Shown piece by piece: positions 12,608-25,854 of a stretch of 64,000 bases of DNA (the first letter of the stretch is position 1; each line of letters opens with the position of its first letter). Source of the stretch: Octopus bimaculoides (Eukaryota); NCBI RefSeq assembly GCF_001194135.2, contig NC_068983.1, positions 26,254,430 through 26,318,429 on the forward strand. Direction: 5' to 3'. The notes under the pieces were generated by a model. That model did no database searches and was not told the DNA's origin. It saw only the letters and a list, made by a program, of their open reading frames with translations. Made by a program: the position numbers and the translations under genes.

Positions 12608-13417
12608 TGTGTGTGTGCAAGAGTCTGTGTGAGTGTGCAAGAGTGTGTGTATATGTGAATATATCCATTTATGTAGCTGTAAATTTAAAAAAAGAAAAAG
12701 AAAATCATTTCCAGCAAATTAATGGGACCTCATGTGATAGTATCATAAAAACTGTTAATCTTAAGCTTTATTAACCGAGTGGTATTTTTATCCTGTACAT
12801 CATTTAGAACCATTCTCTAACTTAGAAACTATTAATCCTAGGTCGTTTCTTAATCTTAAGGATTACACAGATTATACAATTTTCTTAGCAATGTGTCTTG
12901 GTTCGGATTTTGTATATCTGATTTGTCATATAAAAATATTGCAGTACATATCAGTTCTGTGGTCTGTATGAAGGTGGTAGGTGTTCGTAGTACTAAGTAT
13001 TTTCGTTTTTTTTTTGTGTATCCCAAGTTTCTTCAAAACCTGATACTACAGTGTTAATTTATTAATATTTCATAAAGTATTTATTCAATTTTATTCTAAA
13101 CATTTCGACTACGTAAGGATTCGATCACTTCATTCTTCGTACGTTTCGACACACTCTCTTTTGCCACGCTATATATTTTGATACCAATTCTTCATTCAAA
13201 GTATTTCTTTTTATCTTCTAACTGAAAATGAATACGAAAATTTCATTTGAAGTTTTAACTTTTAACTCATAAAGGTGTACGGCTGCAGACAACTGCATTC
13301 TATTATAGATTTTAGATTTTATAGATTTTATAATTCATCAAATTTCAACTTCCTCATATCCTATTGTAAGCGCCTTCTATCTACCTTTCTGTTACTAATA
13401 TTCTGCATTCACGTAAC

Positions 13418-13630
13418 GCGGCGATCTGGCAGAACTGTTAGCACACCGGGCAAAATGCTTAGCTGCATTTCGTCCGTCCTTGTTCCGAGTTCAAATTCCG
13501 GCAATGTTGCCTTTGTCTTTCACCCTTTCGGTGTCGATAAAACAAGTACCAGTTGAGCACTCGTGTCGATTTAATCGACTTTGCCCCTTCCAGGAACTGC
13601 TGGCCTTGTACCAAAATCTGAAACCAGTTT
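13418..13630 (+). mobile_element. SINE family B
   Basis: gcggcgatctggcagaactgttagcacaccgggcaaaatgcttagc...gagttcaaattccggc...tttcaccctttcggtgtcgataaaacaagtaccagttgagcac. Confidence 0.85.
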
Positions 13631-14789
13631 TCTGCGTCCATTGTTTTTCGTTCCCTATCATTCTGTCTATCACTTAATCTATTGTAATGTATATCTATAT
13701 CATTTATTCTCATGATTATCCTCTCTGCATACTTCAAGCATCCGAGCCACATATCCTGTTTAAGGACACATCTACCCACTAAATACGGAGGAATTCAATG
13801 AAAATGCTCAGAGGCGTTGTCGCTGCACTTGTGTATTCGAATTCATAACTATATAAAATAAGCCGAATACTAAATACAAAAACAGAGAAATATTTCCAAA
13901 TCTGCCTCTTCTACAGAAACCTACAGATATAGGCGATGTCTGCTATAGAGGAATTAACATATAAACAATATTAATTTTCGTTGACATATAAAACGTTAAA
14001 TTAGTTCAGTTTCTGTATACAACTTACCATATCTATTTCTTTCGCCAAAGCAGACAGTAAAAGAGTACAATCCAAACGGTATGATCCAAAATTGGATTTT
14101 CATGACTTCGACTGTTCAAATCTGAAAATATATAAAATAAATAACGATAAGAACAAGAGCAACCACTTCAAAGGCAACAACGAGAACCACAACGACGACG
14201 ACAGCAAATCGAGAATGAATTATTTTGCATTATTGAATCACTACATGATTTATATATCTAAAATGTGCTAGTTCTCTTTATAATCGCAAGCGGCGCCACC
14301 ATTTGAAGTCATAGTAGATTTCAGTTTAATAAATATCAAAGAAATGTATTTGTTTGTTTGATTCTTCTGTAAAGCATGTGAATATATCAATGTATAGCAG
14401 AAACTTTGAATGACCTCTCTTGTAGGTGAAAGCAACTGATAATCTAATATCAGTTAGGACATCAATTGATATTAAATAATACCCCAATATGCACAAACGT
14501 TATACGTAAAAGAAGAAGCATCGTAATTGCTAACTGAATATGTTGCATCCTCGGTTTTAATATAAAATAGGTAAAATGTGATGCAGAGTTAACGAAAATA
14601 TCTTTTATACAACGTTGAAATAATTTTAAAATGCTGAATGATTGTTGGATGTTAAACTTCAAACTTTGCGCAAGCAAAACCTGGCATTTTCGTCATCGCA
14701 CAGTGTGAGATGCCAGTAAACATGAATTACTTATCTCAAACTGAGTGCAACTAATCTTTGATAATTCCTTCTTCAATCTGGACTCCCCT

Positions 14790-15345
14790 CACAACTTCTA
14801 TCAAAGATGCAAATCACAAATATTATTCTACTATGAAACAAATACATTGTCCTCTGTTCCTAATGTATCTTTGTTGTTTAGTCTACACTTTCTATTTCAG
14901 GCTTCATTCTAAAATATAATCGTATCTGTACATAGATAAAATCTACTCTCCCTGTCACTCACTGTTCTCACATATTAACTACAAAGACTTCCAGTAAATC
15001 TGAATCAAATCTGTTCTCTATCTCGCTGGTTTTATTTATTATCTACCGCTCTCAGAGTCATCTGGCCAGTAGCGGCTGCTGTTCGGTTATGTATATCCGT
15101 GTAACGAGGTTATCTCTATCACCTCACCTATCTATGAAGATATTATACTTGGTGACTTCAATGTACATAATATCTCTTGGTTCTCGTACTTTTCCAACGC
15201 CATGACGGTTTATGTATAAGCCTAATCATTCACGAGTAATATCTCTCAGCAGCAATTACTACCCTCACCTAACCCCATCAGTGACTGTCATACTGATAAT
15301 TCAAATACTTTTGATCTTAGCTTCATAGACATATCCATCATCGTT
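14790..15345 (+). pseudogene. Decayed LINE (CR1/Jockey-like) apurinic-endonuclease domain
   Basis: EDIILGDFNVHNISW (15136-15180) is the APE GDFN motif; ETNTLSSVPN upstream and NTFDLSF (LDL-like) downstream; multiple stops and frameshifts. Confidence 0.75.
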
Positions 15346-16299
15346 TCTGTACCGATATAATTATCCAAAATCTAATCAATGAAATGTAACGTAATTTACA
15401 GTAAATATTTATCTTTGAAATATTTTATCATATATCAAAGCGACTATCAAGTCCGTGTTCTGTCATTTCACAACAAAAAAATATGAATTCACCTATTCAA
15501 TGCCGTTAAACAAATGACCGAGAGCGTGCTCCTTGGTATGACTCACCACTTTACCAGCACAACTGAATTCCGATTCGAAAGCAAATAACTTGTTTGTGAG
15601 TAGGTCACATATTCTCAATCTAACATGTGGTTATTTGCTAACTCATTAGTATTGCCAAGATTAATCTTAAAACTATCTTCGCTATATTCCCTGAAACTTT
15701 ACACACTACACCTATAAAAATAAATTTGCTTTGTACTTCAAGTTTCCCTAATTTCAAATCACTGGCATTCAATGCAAAACTATTTTCTGTTAAATTGTTT
15801 AACGCCGAATAAGCTCTTCAGATTTTTACTTGCCATTTCCCTCTCCCACATGCTCTATTTGCCACTCCTTCTCCATGACAATCCGTAGCAACATATGATG
15901 GAATGCCACCTTCTTAAGAATGGTATGGTTAAAATTTTAATATATTGTATAGATGAAATTTTTGACGCTGAATCCGAATTTGTTATTCCTTTATTCCAGA
16001 AAAAACTTTGCAAAAATATTACAGGTGTTCAAAATTTGATAATTTTCAGAATTTTCAGCCAATCAGTGAGCAGCGCGTTCCCTGCCTCTTCCGTCATCAG
16101 GGTCTGAGGTATCGACATGTCAGAACATTAAACAAACGAATAGGAATTTCTAGAACTAACAGTCAAAACATTGTTTAAAACAGCGATTTATTAGTTTTAA
16201 AAATTCAAAAACGAAAGTTTGCATTACACTGTAGGATTTTATAAATAAATTATCTTTCTCGTATCTCATTCTCCACATACATTCACAAAGACAAGTGTC

Positions 16300-16595
16300 A
16301 ACCAGGGAACTCTTTGTTTGCATGCGTAGCATCTTTGTTTACTATGGAAACAGAATATAAAATGCTCGCTTTTGGTTACTATGGAAACAGATGTGTAAAA
16401 TATTCGCTTCTGATCGGCTAAAATACCCCCAAAAAATGCATATTTCAAAGGCTAACTTTTTAACTATGGAGTTATAGGGGAAATGAATGTCATTTCCATA
16501 ATTAGTATACAAAACATAATCCATATACCAAATTTGAAAACGATTGGAGCAAAATTGTAAACAGTGAGAAAACTACAAAGATCCATGTCCTTTAA
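16300..16595. mobile_element. Possible DNA-transposon end remnant (Kolobok-like terminus)
   Basis: Ends catgtcct followed by TTAA; internal duplicated ttactatggaaacaga; matching other end not found. Confidence 0.3.
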
Positions 16596-18914
16596 AAAAC
16601 AAATGTCACTTGATATATTTGAATGTTCAAGAGACGCAACATACACATATATTATATTCATAGGTATAGAAATATACTATTATGAAATATTGCACACTAA
16701 ATTAGATTGATATGCTTCAAGGTAGAACAGGTATATCTAAGCTGTTTCAGCAGAAATGAAACTGAGCCAACACATTTTATTAGTAGCCGCATATAAGTTT
16801 AAACGTTTCTCAGATAGCTGTTTGTCCATAGTTATTGTATTCATTTTATTTATTTTTTCTTATAAACAACCGTAATTTCAGACTAAAAATGCCATACGTA
16901 GTGCTTCTTCTACGATGATTAATCAAAGAAATATGTATAATAAATATGAAAACTATTTTTCACTGATTTAATGAAAAGAATCCATGGGCTTTCAGGTATA
17001 TTTTACGCATATTAATCGTTTAATACTCTAGATCAAATATATGCAATGCCGACATAAATTTTGCCGACTTAAAAACAGAAGAATTGACTGAGATAAAAAA
17101 TGAGTAACCGACGGTCATCGGAAGATGTATGAAGCAATGATATCATTTCTTAAACTTAAACTTATTAAAAATCATTTCTATACTATAACGTCGTTAGTAT
17201 TTTAGTCTCTGTCCGTGTGTCAACACATTTTCACAGATGTGTATTTCCACGCATTAAAAAAAAAAATAAGCCACCGTTTTATTCATTAAAGGAAGTTTAA
17301 CAATTAACTTGTCAATTAAGTAATTATGTTGCGATGATTCTATTTGCATAGAGACATGCTAAATTAATGGAAAAACTAAAAGCAAAATGCGTGACATTAT
17401 TTGAAGTTTTTTTTTTTTCTTTTAACATGAACAGCAAGCAAAAATAAAGAAACACCCCAAGAAATCATTATGCAACCGACAGAAACAAATCAAAAATCAT
17501 GTCGATCCCAAGGATACATTTTCAGACAATTTCATGTATGGTCCGAAAAGAAGAAACAAGAAGTGTATGCGATATTGCATTGAGTAGAGAAAAATTTTAA
17601 AGGTAATCAAATGAATCAATTTTTCAGCCTCACAATTCCATATGGCTTTCATCACTCGATGCATTTGAATACTGATGCTGTCTTCTTTAAACCATAATAT
17701 CAGGAATTCATTATGTTGAAAAATACTTTGTCTTGGAATCTTTCAAGGAATATGCGAGATGTATTCCTATTTTTATTTAGTCTTGCATTATACTTGTCTT
17801 TTACTTATATTTTCCTGTTGTTCAAACAGGATGTTGCAATATTCATTGCATAACATTTGAGGCGTATCTCATTAAGCACCTCGTTCTGAAGGCCTCGTTT
17901 TCATCAAGATGGTGGGTAGTAAAAAAATCCGGAACTACAGATCAGAAACAGAACCAGGACCTATATGATAATTCCGATAGACTAAATATATTGCAAGTAA
18001 AAAAATGAATAAAAAAAAGCAGGTACGTTATCGAGCAATTAATGAAAATATGGTACGGAAAATTCACATGGGTTGGGGGAAAATTTAACTCATTATACTA
18101 GAATAAATACTGTAAAAGTTTGCATCAGCTTCTCAAATCATTCTGGCAATTCGCCGAGAAGTTATATAGCAAAACAAGTTATTCTGACGAAACTAGTGCT
18201 AGTGTCTATTGGAATAGGATTGAGGTTATATATATATATAACTTTACACATATATATGTATATGTATAATAATTTTCCAGAGGATGTAGCAACCGTTACC
18301 AATATAGCAGAAGAACTTAGCTTAGGGGATCATTAACTAGATTCCTTAAGGGTCGTTTTCACAGTTTATATTTATATCATAAGGTTTTTAACTTTTAAAT
18401 TTTCATATTCAAAAGAGACAGAGACTTCAAACTCAATATATCGATTTATTCACCACTCTATATTAACATTTCTGTGCCAAACTTATCCAGTGACTGGTCC
18501 ATTGGATTTTGACATTTGGCACTTCTTCAGGAGTGGTTACCATCCGAACAAAACACGAAAAAACACGTACATAAGGATCATTAAATTCTTAAAATCCTGT
18601 TAGATTTCATCTTTGTTATTATAGGGGAGAAAACTCCTTAATTTTCTATTTTTATTGCTCTCCTGTGAATTTCCACTACATTAATTAATTAATTTGTTTA
18701 TTTATTTTTACTATACTATATTACCCGTTCCTTTNNNNNNNNNNNNNNNNNNNNNNNNNNNNNNNNNNNNNNNNNNNNNNNNNNNNNNNNNNNNNNNNNN
18801 NNNNNNNNNNNNNNNNNNNNNNNNNNNNNNNNNNNNNNNNCACACATACATACAAATACAACACACATACATATACATACACATATATATACATGTGCAT
18901 ATACATACATATAC

Positions 18915-18960
<46 letters not shown>

Positions 18961-18988
18961 TTACACACACACACAGAGATATATATAT

Positions 18989-19038
<50 letters not shown>

Positions 19039-19867
19039 AATGATAGATATACACACACTTATATAAGCACATCTACATATACAAATACACATGTATACAA
19101 TAGTGTATGTGTTTGTATGTGTGTATGTGTGTGTGAGTTAATGTACCTGTGTGTACATATGTTCGATCATTATCGGTCAGTATCTCTAGCCTTTGCTCAA
19201 CTTTCGACGACTATGTCGTTGTCTTTTTCTCTTTATTTTCATCGTTGTACTGGCATTTACCGCACCTCACAAACACCTGTTAGACCTTCATCTTCCTAAG
19301 TTTGCACTTTACCGCTTTATTCGGTACTTTAAATAGAAGAGAAAAAAATTGTAAGCCTCTTTGATCCCAATTTATTTAGCCTGTAATACAAGCTGACATT
19401 TTATCGCCATTCGACAAATTAATACGCATTACAGAATCTTTTCAGGGAATAACAATTAATACTTAACATTGTCAACATTAATCATTATAATTCCTAATTT
19501 AATGTTTGCCGTTGTTTAAAACGGGAATGATTAGCACCAAGCAGTTATTGTACATTCGTTATTACAGCGAATTATTAATCGTTATAGTGGGAGAAATCGG
19601 CTGGAAAGTAGATTAATGACTTTGGACGAAACCAGCAATATGAGATTAAATTGAGGAAATGGTAAGAGATAAAAACGTACACCTTGTTTTGCCATGACGA
19701 AACAAGAAAACACTCCGTGGTTTCATAAGTATGCGTGTACACACACTCACTCTTGCACAAACATGTATGTATATATGTATGCATGTAGGTAGGTTTATGC
19801 AAATATATACATTCACACACACACATACACACACAAACACACGTAGAAACATTAACTTTTATCAGTT

Positions 19868-20055
19868 ACTTGTTTAAGTCAGTGGACTGCGGCCATGTTG
19901 CTGCATCACCATCAATGGATTATAAGAAGAAATCGTCCCATCGGTTATGTTTAAAACCTGGTAATTATGATATCGATCACTTTTAACGAACCTCTAGGTA
20001 ATGGGAGTGTAAACAAACGAACACAGTTTGTTAAGCGGTTGTGAGCGGCTAATAC
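19868..20055 (-). mobile_element. SINE family A, 3' half (decayed)
   Basis: acttgtttaagtcagtggactgcggccatgttgctgcatcacc matches the family A tail (cf. 39205, 45757). Confidence 0.65.
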
Positions 20056-20224
20056 TTGTGTATAGACACGCAAACACATATAAATATTAGATGGGCTTTT
20101 TTCAAGAACTGTCTACCATATCCATTTGGAAGACTTTGGTCGACCCGATGCTGTTATAGAAGACATTCAAGGTGCCACGCAGTAGGACTAAACGGGGAAG
20201 AATATGGTAAGGCGTTTGCTTCCC

Positions 20225-20640
20225 AATTACATCGATTTCAGCACTGTCTTATTGCGTAGTACCTTGAATAACTCTTTTCTACTATAGCCCCGGGTTCGAC
20301 AAATATTTACGAGTGGATTTGGTGGACTGAAATTGAAAGAAGCGTGCCGTAGATATGTGCGCGTGTCTGTGTGTGCATTGATGCGCATGTTACTGTGTCT
20401 TTCCCTCGAAATCATGCGATTGTTGTAAGCAGGCTTCACCGTCATGCAAGCAATGTCCTTCGATTCCCATCTGCCCACACATGCCTGGTGATGAAAGGGA
20501 GAATATGGCTTTACTTCCAAGTAGGTTAGAATTTCCAACAGAAAGGACATCCGACTATAGAAAATGCGACTAAAATAATTCCGGCCGTCCCATACAAGCA
20601 AGGGATAGGTGGGCTTTAATGACCAGGACAACGACCAAGA
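20225..20640 (+). mobile_element. SINE family A head and core with an alternative long 3' tail
   Basis: ttgcttcccaat...gcgtagtaccttgaataactcttttctactatagccccggg...gtggatttggtggactgaaattgaaagaagc, followed by a GC-richer tail to 20640. Confidence 0.65.
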
Positions 20641-21089
20641 AGATAATGCACACAAAACCACATGTATATGTACATACATATATACATACATACATACATA
20701 CATAAATATATATCAACTCGAAGCAACAAGTCAGGTATTTGGCGTGGGAGATTATTAATCGAAAATACGAAGAATAATATATCCATCTTTGGAGCCACAA
20801 CAATCACCTTTGTTAACTAACTGGTTAATCTTCAGGTGAATTAACAGAGGTCGCCTTTTATTCACTATCTTAGTGATTTTCGACAGACACTTGAATTTAA
20901 CATGCGGAGAGTTACTACAAACAACATGGCAGGAAACAACAACATACGAGAACGGAATTTTGTCAGTGAACAGGTCGCGGTCTCAAAGCAACGAAAATAT
21001 TTTGGCAAATTAAATTTAAATGTTGAAGTGAATCTAACGGTTTTTGTGTGTTTCTTAAATGGCTTATAAGCACCTTCCACACTGAAATT

Positions 21090-21650
21090 GTTTGTTTATT
21101 TTGTTTTTTTTACGTTATCTTCCTTTACCTCCTCCTCCTATCTCTTACATTCTCTGTTCTCTTTGTAAACTATATTCTTAGACACTATATTTTTATATAT
21201 CTTACATTATCCTTAACGTCAATCCTTAACTTCCTCCCACACTCTATCTACCTCTCTTTCTCATTACTTACTTTTCTTTGTTTTTACCATTTAATTGCAG
21301 CCTCCGCTACCATTCTCTTATTGAACGTTGATATGTTCGCGTCTTTTTCTGGATACTTACAATATAAGGACTTTAACCAACATGGATGTACGTAGGATTG
21401 CGTAAATCCTTGTAGGTTCTTCTTTTTTCTTCTCTTTATTGATGTCCTGATAGCTTTACTCCTGTCTTCTATGTCGGCATTTCATTAATCTATACCCTTC
21501 TCATTTTCCCTATTTGTCTCCGATGATGCAGTACCCCATACTCTGGGATATCCCAGAAACAGCTGTAAGACTTTGGATTTTTTCCAAAAATAATAATGTA
21601 TATGACTTGAGATTTCACCTTGCCATAGCGTTTGTTGTCCCCTTTAAGAA
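21090..21650 (+). mobile_element. PLE pseudo-LTR remnant
   Basis: C/T-rich tract ending in a hammerhead of the same gtct...GAAAC-agct-GTA-agac design as 10505. Confidence 0.6.
21516..21571 (+). ncRNA. Minimal type-I hammerhead (one core change, U4 to C)
   Basis: gtct-CCGATGA-...tgggata/tccca-GAAAC-agct-GTA-agac; palindromic stem III ACAGCTGT. Confidence 0.65.
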
Positions 21651-21760
21651 TTATAAATATATATATATATAGGGAGAATTCAGGAAAAAACAACAGACGT
21701 AGACAGGTGGTGTAGACAACAAATGGATGTATTAGTATAATGCTCCGAAATTGAGAAAGT

Positions 21761-21796
21761 CTTTAATGTTTCGAGCCTACGCTCTTCAACAGAAAG
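21761..21796 (-). ncRNA. Degenerate minimal hammerhead
   Basis: cttt-CTGTTGA-a-gagc-gtag-gctc-GAAAC-ATT-aaag; stem I cttt/aaag, stem II gagc/gctc; two core substitutions. Confidence 0.6.
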
Positions 21797-22289
21797 GAAC
21801 AAAGAAAGAAAGAAGGAGAAAAACAAGGAGAGAGAACAGAGAAAAAGGACAGAAAACAAATGTGTAGTGGTCAGCGATTTATCATGGGGAATGCCGGACA
21901 GAAGTGTCAGACAGCAGAGTTAAGAAGAAGGGGAGATAACACAGTAGTAGTGATCCCAGAACGAAGATGAGTGAGTGTGAGAGAATGCTGGTGATCATAA
22001 TGTATGCATGTATGTATGTAGGGGTGAAGGTGTGAAAATGTGGGGATGGGAATTGGTCAGTGCTGGTGTGTGCGTAGTGGTGTGTTGTGCTGTGATGTGT
22101 TGTGTGATATGATTTAGCGCGGTGTGATGTGATGGTGTTGGGAGGTGGGGAGGCCAGAGTGTGGGAAAGCACGGGTGGGGTGTGGGGGTAGAGGTAGGGG
22201 TATGTGAGTATGTGGGGTAGGTGGGGTGCATATATATGTATATACATACATATATATNNNNNNNNNNNNNNNNNNNNNNNNNNNNNNNN

Positions 22290-22330
<41 letters not shown>

Positions 22331-22760
22331 GCACGTGTATGGATGTGTTTGTATAAATACTAATTAAGCTGAAGATGATAAATAAATATATATTTAAATA
22401 AATAGACGTAAATGACGAACGCATGCACAGATACGTACGTATAATGTATACTGTGAAGAAAATTAATGGAATTAAAGTATTTATTGGAGATATGTCTCTA
22501 CACTTAGATTGATTCATTAATTCTGTTAGCGTTTTTCAGTTTTTAGATTTTGCAAACCGTTTAAGTTTCCACTCACTTTAAGCGTAGGTAGGTTACGAAT
22601 GGGTCTTCACATACATGCTTGTGTATATATATGCATGCACGTAGGTACTGATCAAGCACAGTCACTTCTATGCTTGTACACATATGCACACCCATACAAA
22701 TATGTATATCGCTAAATACACAAGTTATTTAATGTCTCTCTGCTTGTTTTCACTTATTCA

Positions 22761-22796
22761 TTTCTGTTAAGGAGCCTAGCCTCTAAATGTAAAAGA
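22761..22796 (+). ncRNA. Heavily decayed inverted copy of the 21761 hammerhead
   Basis: tttctgttaaggagcctagcctctaaatgtaaaag, followed by actttct...cgagcg...taatac homologous to the minus copy. Confidence 0.4.
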
Positions 22797-23447
22797 CTTT
22801 CTTACTTTCCCGAGCGTCCAATTAATACACCTGCTTGTTGTTCACACATGTTTTCGTCTTTTGCTTTCATCAAATTTCAAGTCCATATATATATATATAT
22901 ATATATATANNNNNNNNNNNNNNNNNNNNNNNNNNNNNNNNNNNNNNNNNNNNNNNNNNNNNNNNNNNNNNNNNNNNNNNNNNNNNNNNNNNNNNNNNNN
23001 NNNNNNNNNNNNNNNNNNNNNNNNNNNNNNNNNNNNNNNNNNNNNNNNNNNNNNNNNNNNNNNNNNNNNNNNNNNNNNNNNNNNNNNNNNNNNNNNNNNN
23101 NNNNNNNNNNNNNNNNNNNNNNNNNNNNNNNNNNNNNNNNNNNNNNNNNNNNNNNNNNNNNNNNNNNNNNNNNNNNNNNNNNNNNNNNNNNNNNNNNNNN
23201 NNNNNNNNNNNNNNNNNNNNNNNNNNNNNNNNNNNNNNNNNNNNNNNNNNNNNNNNNNNNNNNNNNNNNNNNNNNNNNNNNNNNNNNNNNNNNNNNNNNN
23301 NNNNNNNNNNNNNNNNNNNNNNNNNNNNNNNNNNNNNNNNNNNNNNNTTATTCTCGATAAAGCATAAAAAATTGGACACTACATGTTCAGTTTAATGTAA
23401 AATTGTTTTTTTCTATAACACCTCCCAAAAAAGACGCACACACACGC

Positions 23448-23499
<52 letters not shown>

Positions 23500-24275
23500 A
23501 CAAACCCGAACACAGCTAACACTCTCACACGCTCATATGTATATATATATACGTTTTGTATATTATGTCTAATCTTCTTCTAAAACGAAACCAAATTTCT
23601 ATATAACAGAAAGGCGACAACCTGGCGTCGAGTGCTTACGAATTTTGTTCTCTGTATATTTGAACTTGATCTTCGGTTTAAGACTAACCTCATCACGCAA
23701 CGTCACTAAGTTATTGATCTATGCTGGCTCCAATGCACGTATGTCTAAATTGCAGTTGACAAGCTATCGGAAGTTGAACAATCAAAAATTTTGATGGCAG
23801 CATTTTATGTAGAATTACGTTTCAAATTACGAAAATCTTAACGAAGACATTTCTATCATGGTAAAAGTCTTGTGGAGTGGATTCTGTAAACTATGTGTAT
23901 TTTCAGTAGCCATACCAGTATTTCAAATTCAGATAAACGTCCAACAATTATGATCCTTATTCTTGAAGATAATCCGTGACATCAGATTACTATCAGTTTG
24001 TGAAATTGCGTGCCAGTATCTAACGAAAGTGTGGATGTTTGTCTTTAAAATTTCAAACAAGTAATCATTCTTAAAATATCGTGCGACAAGACTCAAAACG
24101 AAAGATGCAAATAACAAATGTTGCTGCCATATTTATAAACAAATAGGGAACCTAATCACTTGTTTAAAAACAGTTTCGTTGTATGTTTGATGATGATTAA
24201 GTCATGACAGATGATGAAATGAAGCATTTGGCAAACGTTTCCCACTGCCATGAAATACATGCACATATGTATGCG

Positions 24276-24309
<34 letters not shown>

Positions 24310-24315
24310 CATATA

Positions 24316-24365
<50 letters not shown>

Positions 24366-25134
24366 TATGTGTGTGTGTCTGTGTGTCTGTGTAAAAATGG
24401 ATGCGTACAGGGTTAGAAACATTATGAAAGAAAGTTGATTTATTAAAAGGATGTCTTTTATCAGATTGCTACGAGTGGCCACACAAATAAGCAACAATTT
24501 CACGGGAACGTACTGAGGAATTCGGGTAATGTAGTGCAAATAGAGAAGCATGGTATGGTAAAATCCAATAATAATTCATTGGCTCATAAGTCGATCTATA
24601 ACTTTGACTTTATGGCAATGTACGAGATATCTTTCTTTTTTCAGCCTCCATGGGTGGGGCATTTGGTGTTTATCAAATTTGAACTCTACTCATAATTTCA
24701 ATCCACCCGAATGATTGCCTGTTTCAAATGATATGAGAGATCGAAGAAAATTCACTGCAATAATTGAAAATTAATCATGAAAATGTGTTCCAAAATTCAT
24801 TACGAATTGAAGGAAACGTGGCAACGTGGTAAGCAGTGTACTGCTAGTGCAGGGAATAACTGTACAAAAGAGAAGAGAAGTTATACATCAAATTGTACAG
24901 AAAACAATTTGTTACTTTTATTGAAAAGTACAGCTTACTCCTTTGTGATTGTACTTGTCTTTGTATCTATATACATATATATTATATTTAGCACATAGAT
25001 CTTATTCAGAGACAGAATGAAAGTGCCGGAAAATTGAGAAGTGAAAAAAGAGAAAGGGGATAAAAAATGTAGAGTGCCAAGGAAGAAAATGTCACGACGG
25101 GGAAACGGTTCCATCTCTGTTTTTAAGCGGACGT

Positions 25135-25212
25135 ACGGTCAAATAAGCAGGCAAACAAATACAACTGGAAACAATACCTCTGCCTTTGCTAAGGCGGAGG
25201 TAATTATGATCC
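25135..25212 (-). mobile_element. Helentron-associated (HINE/DINE-like) element 5' end
   Basis: attacctccgccttagcaaaggcagaggtattgtttccagttgtatttgtttgcc: 12-bp subterminal hairpin followed by a TTTG-like tract. Confidence 0.5.
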
Positions 25213-25854
25213 ACCAGAAACTGTGTGTTTGCAATTCACCAGATAGCACTGCTGGATCACGTTCAGATTCCTCTTTTTTCTTGCCTTTCATAATTTGCAT
25301 TCCTTCTTTACCGAGTAGCTCATACGTGCAAGGCAATACAAATTATAATGAGTCTAGTACGAAATCCATCTCCTACTATCAATTAATACTATCACCCTAA
25401 CTGTCACAGCGAAGTTCCTGAAGTAGAATCAACGGAAGCGTACCACAACTATGGTATAAAATTAATTAATTAATAAATATAGATCAAAACTAAACTACCA
25501 TTCTGTCCTTTTATTGTATTGTAGGTTTCTGTTTTTTTTGTCTAAGGACATGGACTAGAAGTAGCTTTTAGCATTACGTTCTTCCACTGCTTCCTTCAAA
25601 TGACCACTTGTCATCACTTCCAGCATGATATCTGCTCGCCTGGCGGTCCACTCATTGTTTCTCATTATGAAAGAACCCTCTTAAAAGTCAATAAGATTCT
25701 TAACTGATATGAAGATAGTTATTTGCCTTTAACCAATCATACATACTGATGTCTATTCACTTGGTTTATACAAAGAAATACTTATATCTAAGTATACATA
25801 CACATACACATACCAAAATGGATATATATGTATATATACAATTGTGTATCTATC

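Larger units (their letters stand above)
21660..22870 (-). mobile_element. Second PLE-like remnant with inverted partial terminal duplication
   Basis: About 21690-21800 (minus) is repeated in opposite orientation at 22760-22860; C/A-rich low-complexity body; hammerhead core present. Confidence 0.6.

Noticed and set aside
14140-14220. Thr-rich mucin-like peptide
   Set aside because: Decayed (AAC/GAC)n trinucleotide repeat without splice support.
21882-22517. 211-aa His/Pro/Thr-rich ORF
   Set aside because: C/A-rich low-complexity PLE 3' region plus microsatellite and gap.
25041-25400. 119-aa plus ORF and 65-aa minus ORF with an apparent 72-nt exon or TM segment
   Set aside because: The core is the palindromic 5' end of a HINE/DINE-like element, which explains open frames on both strands.
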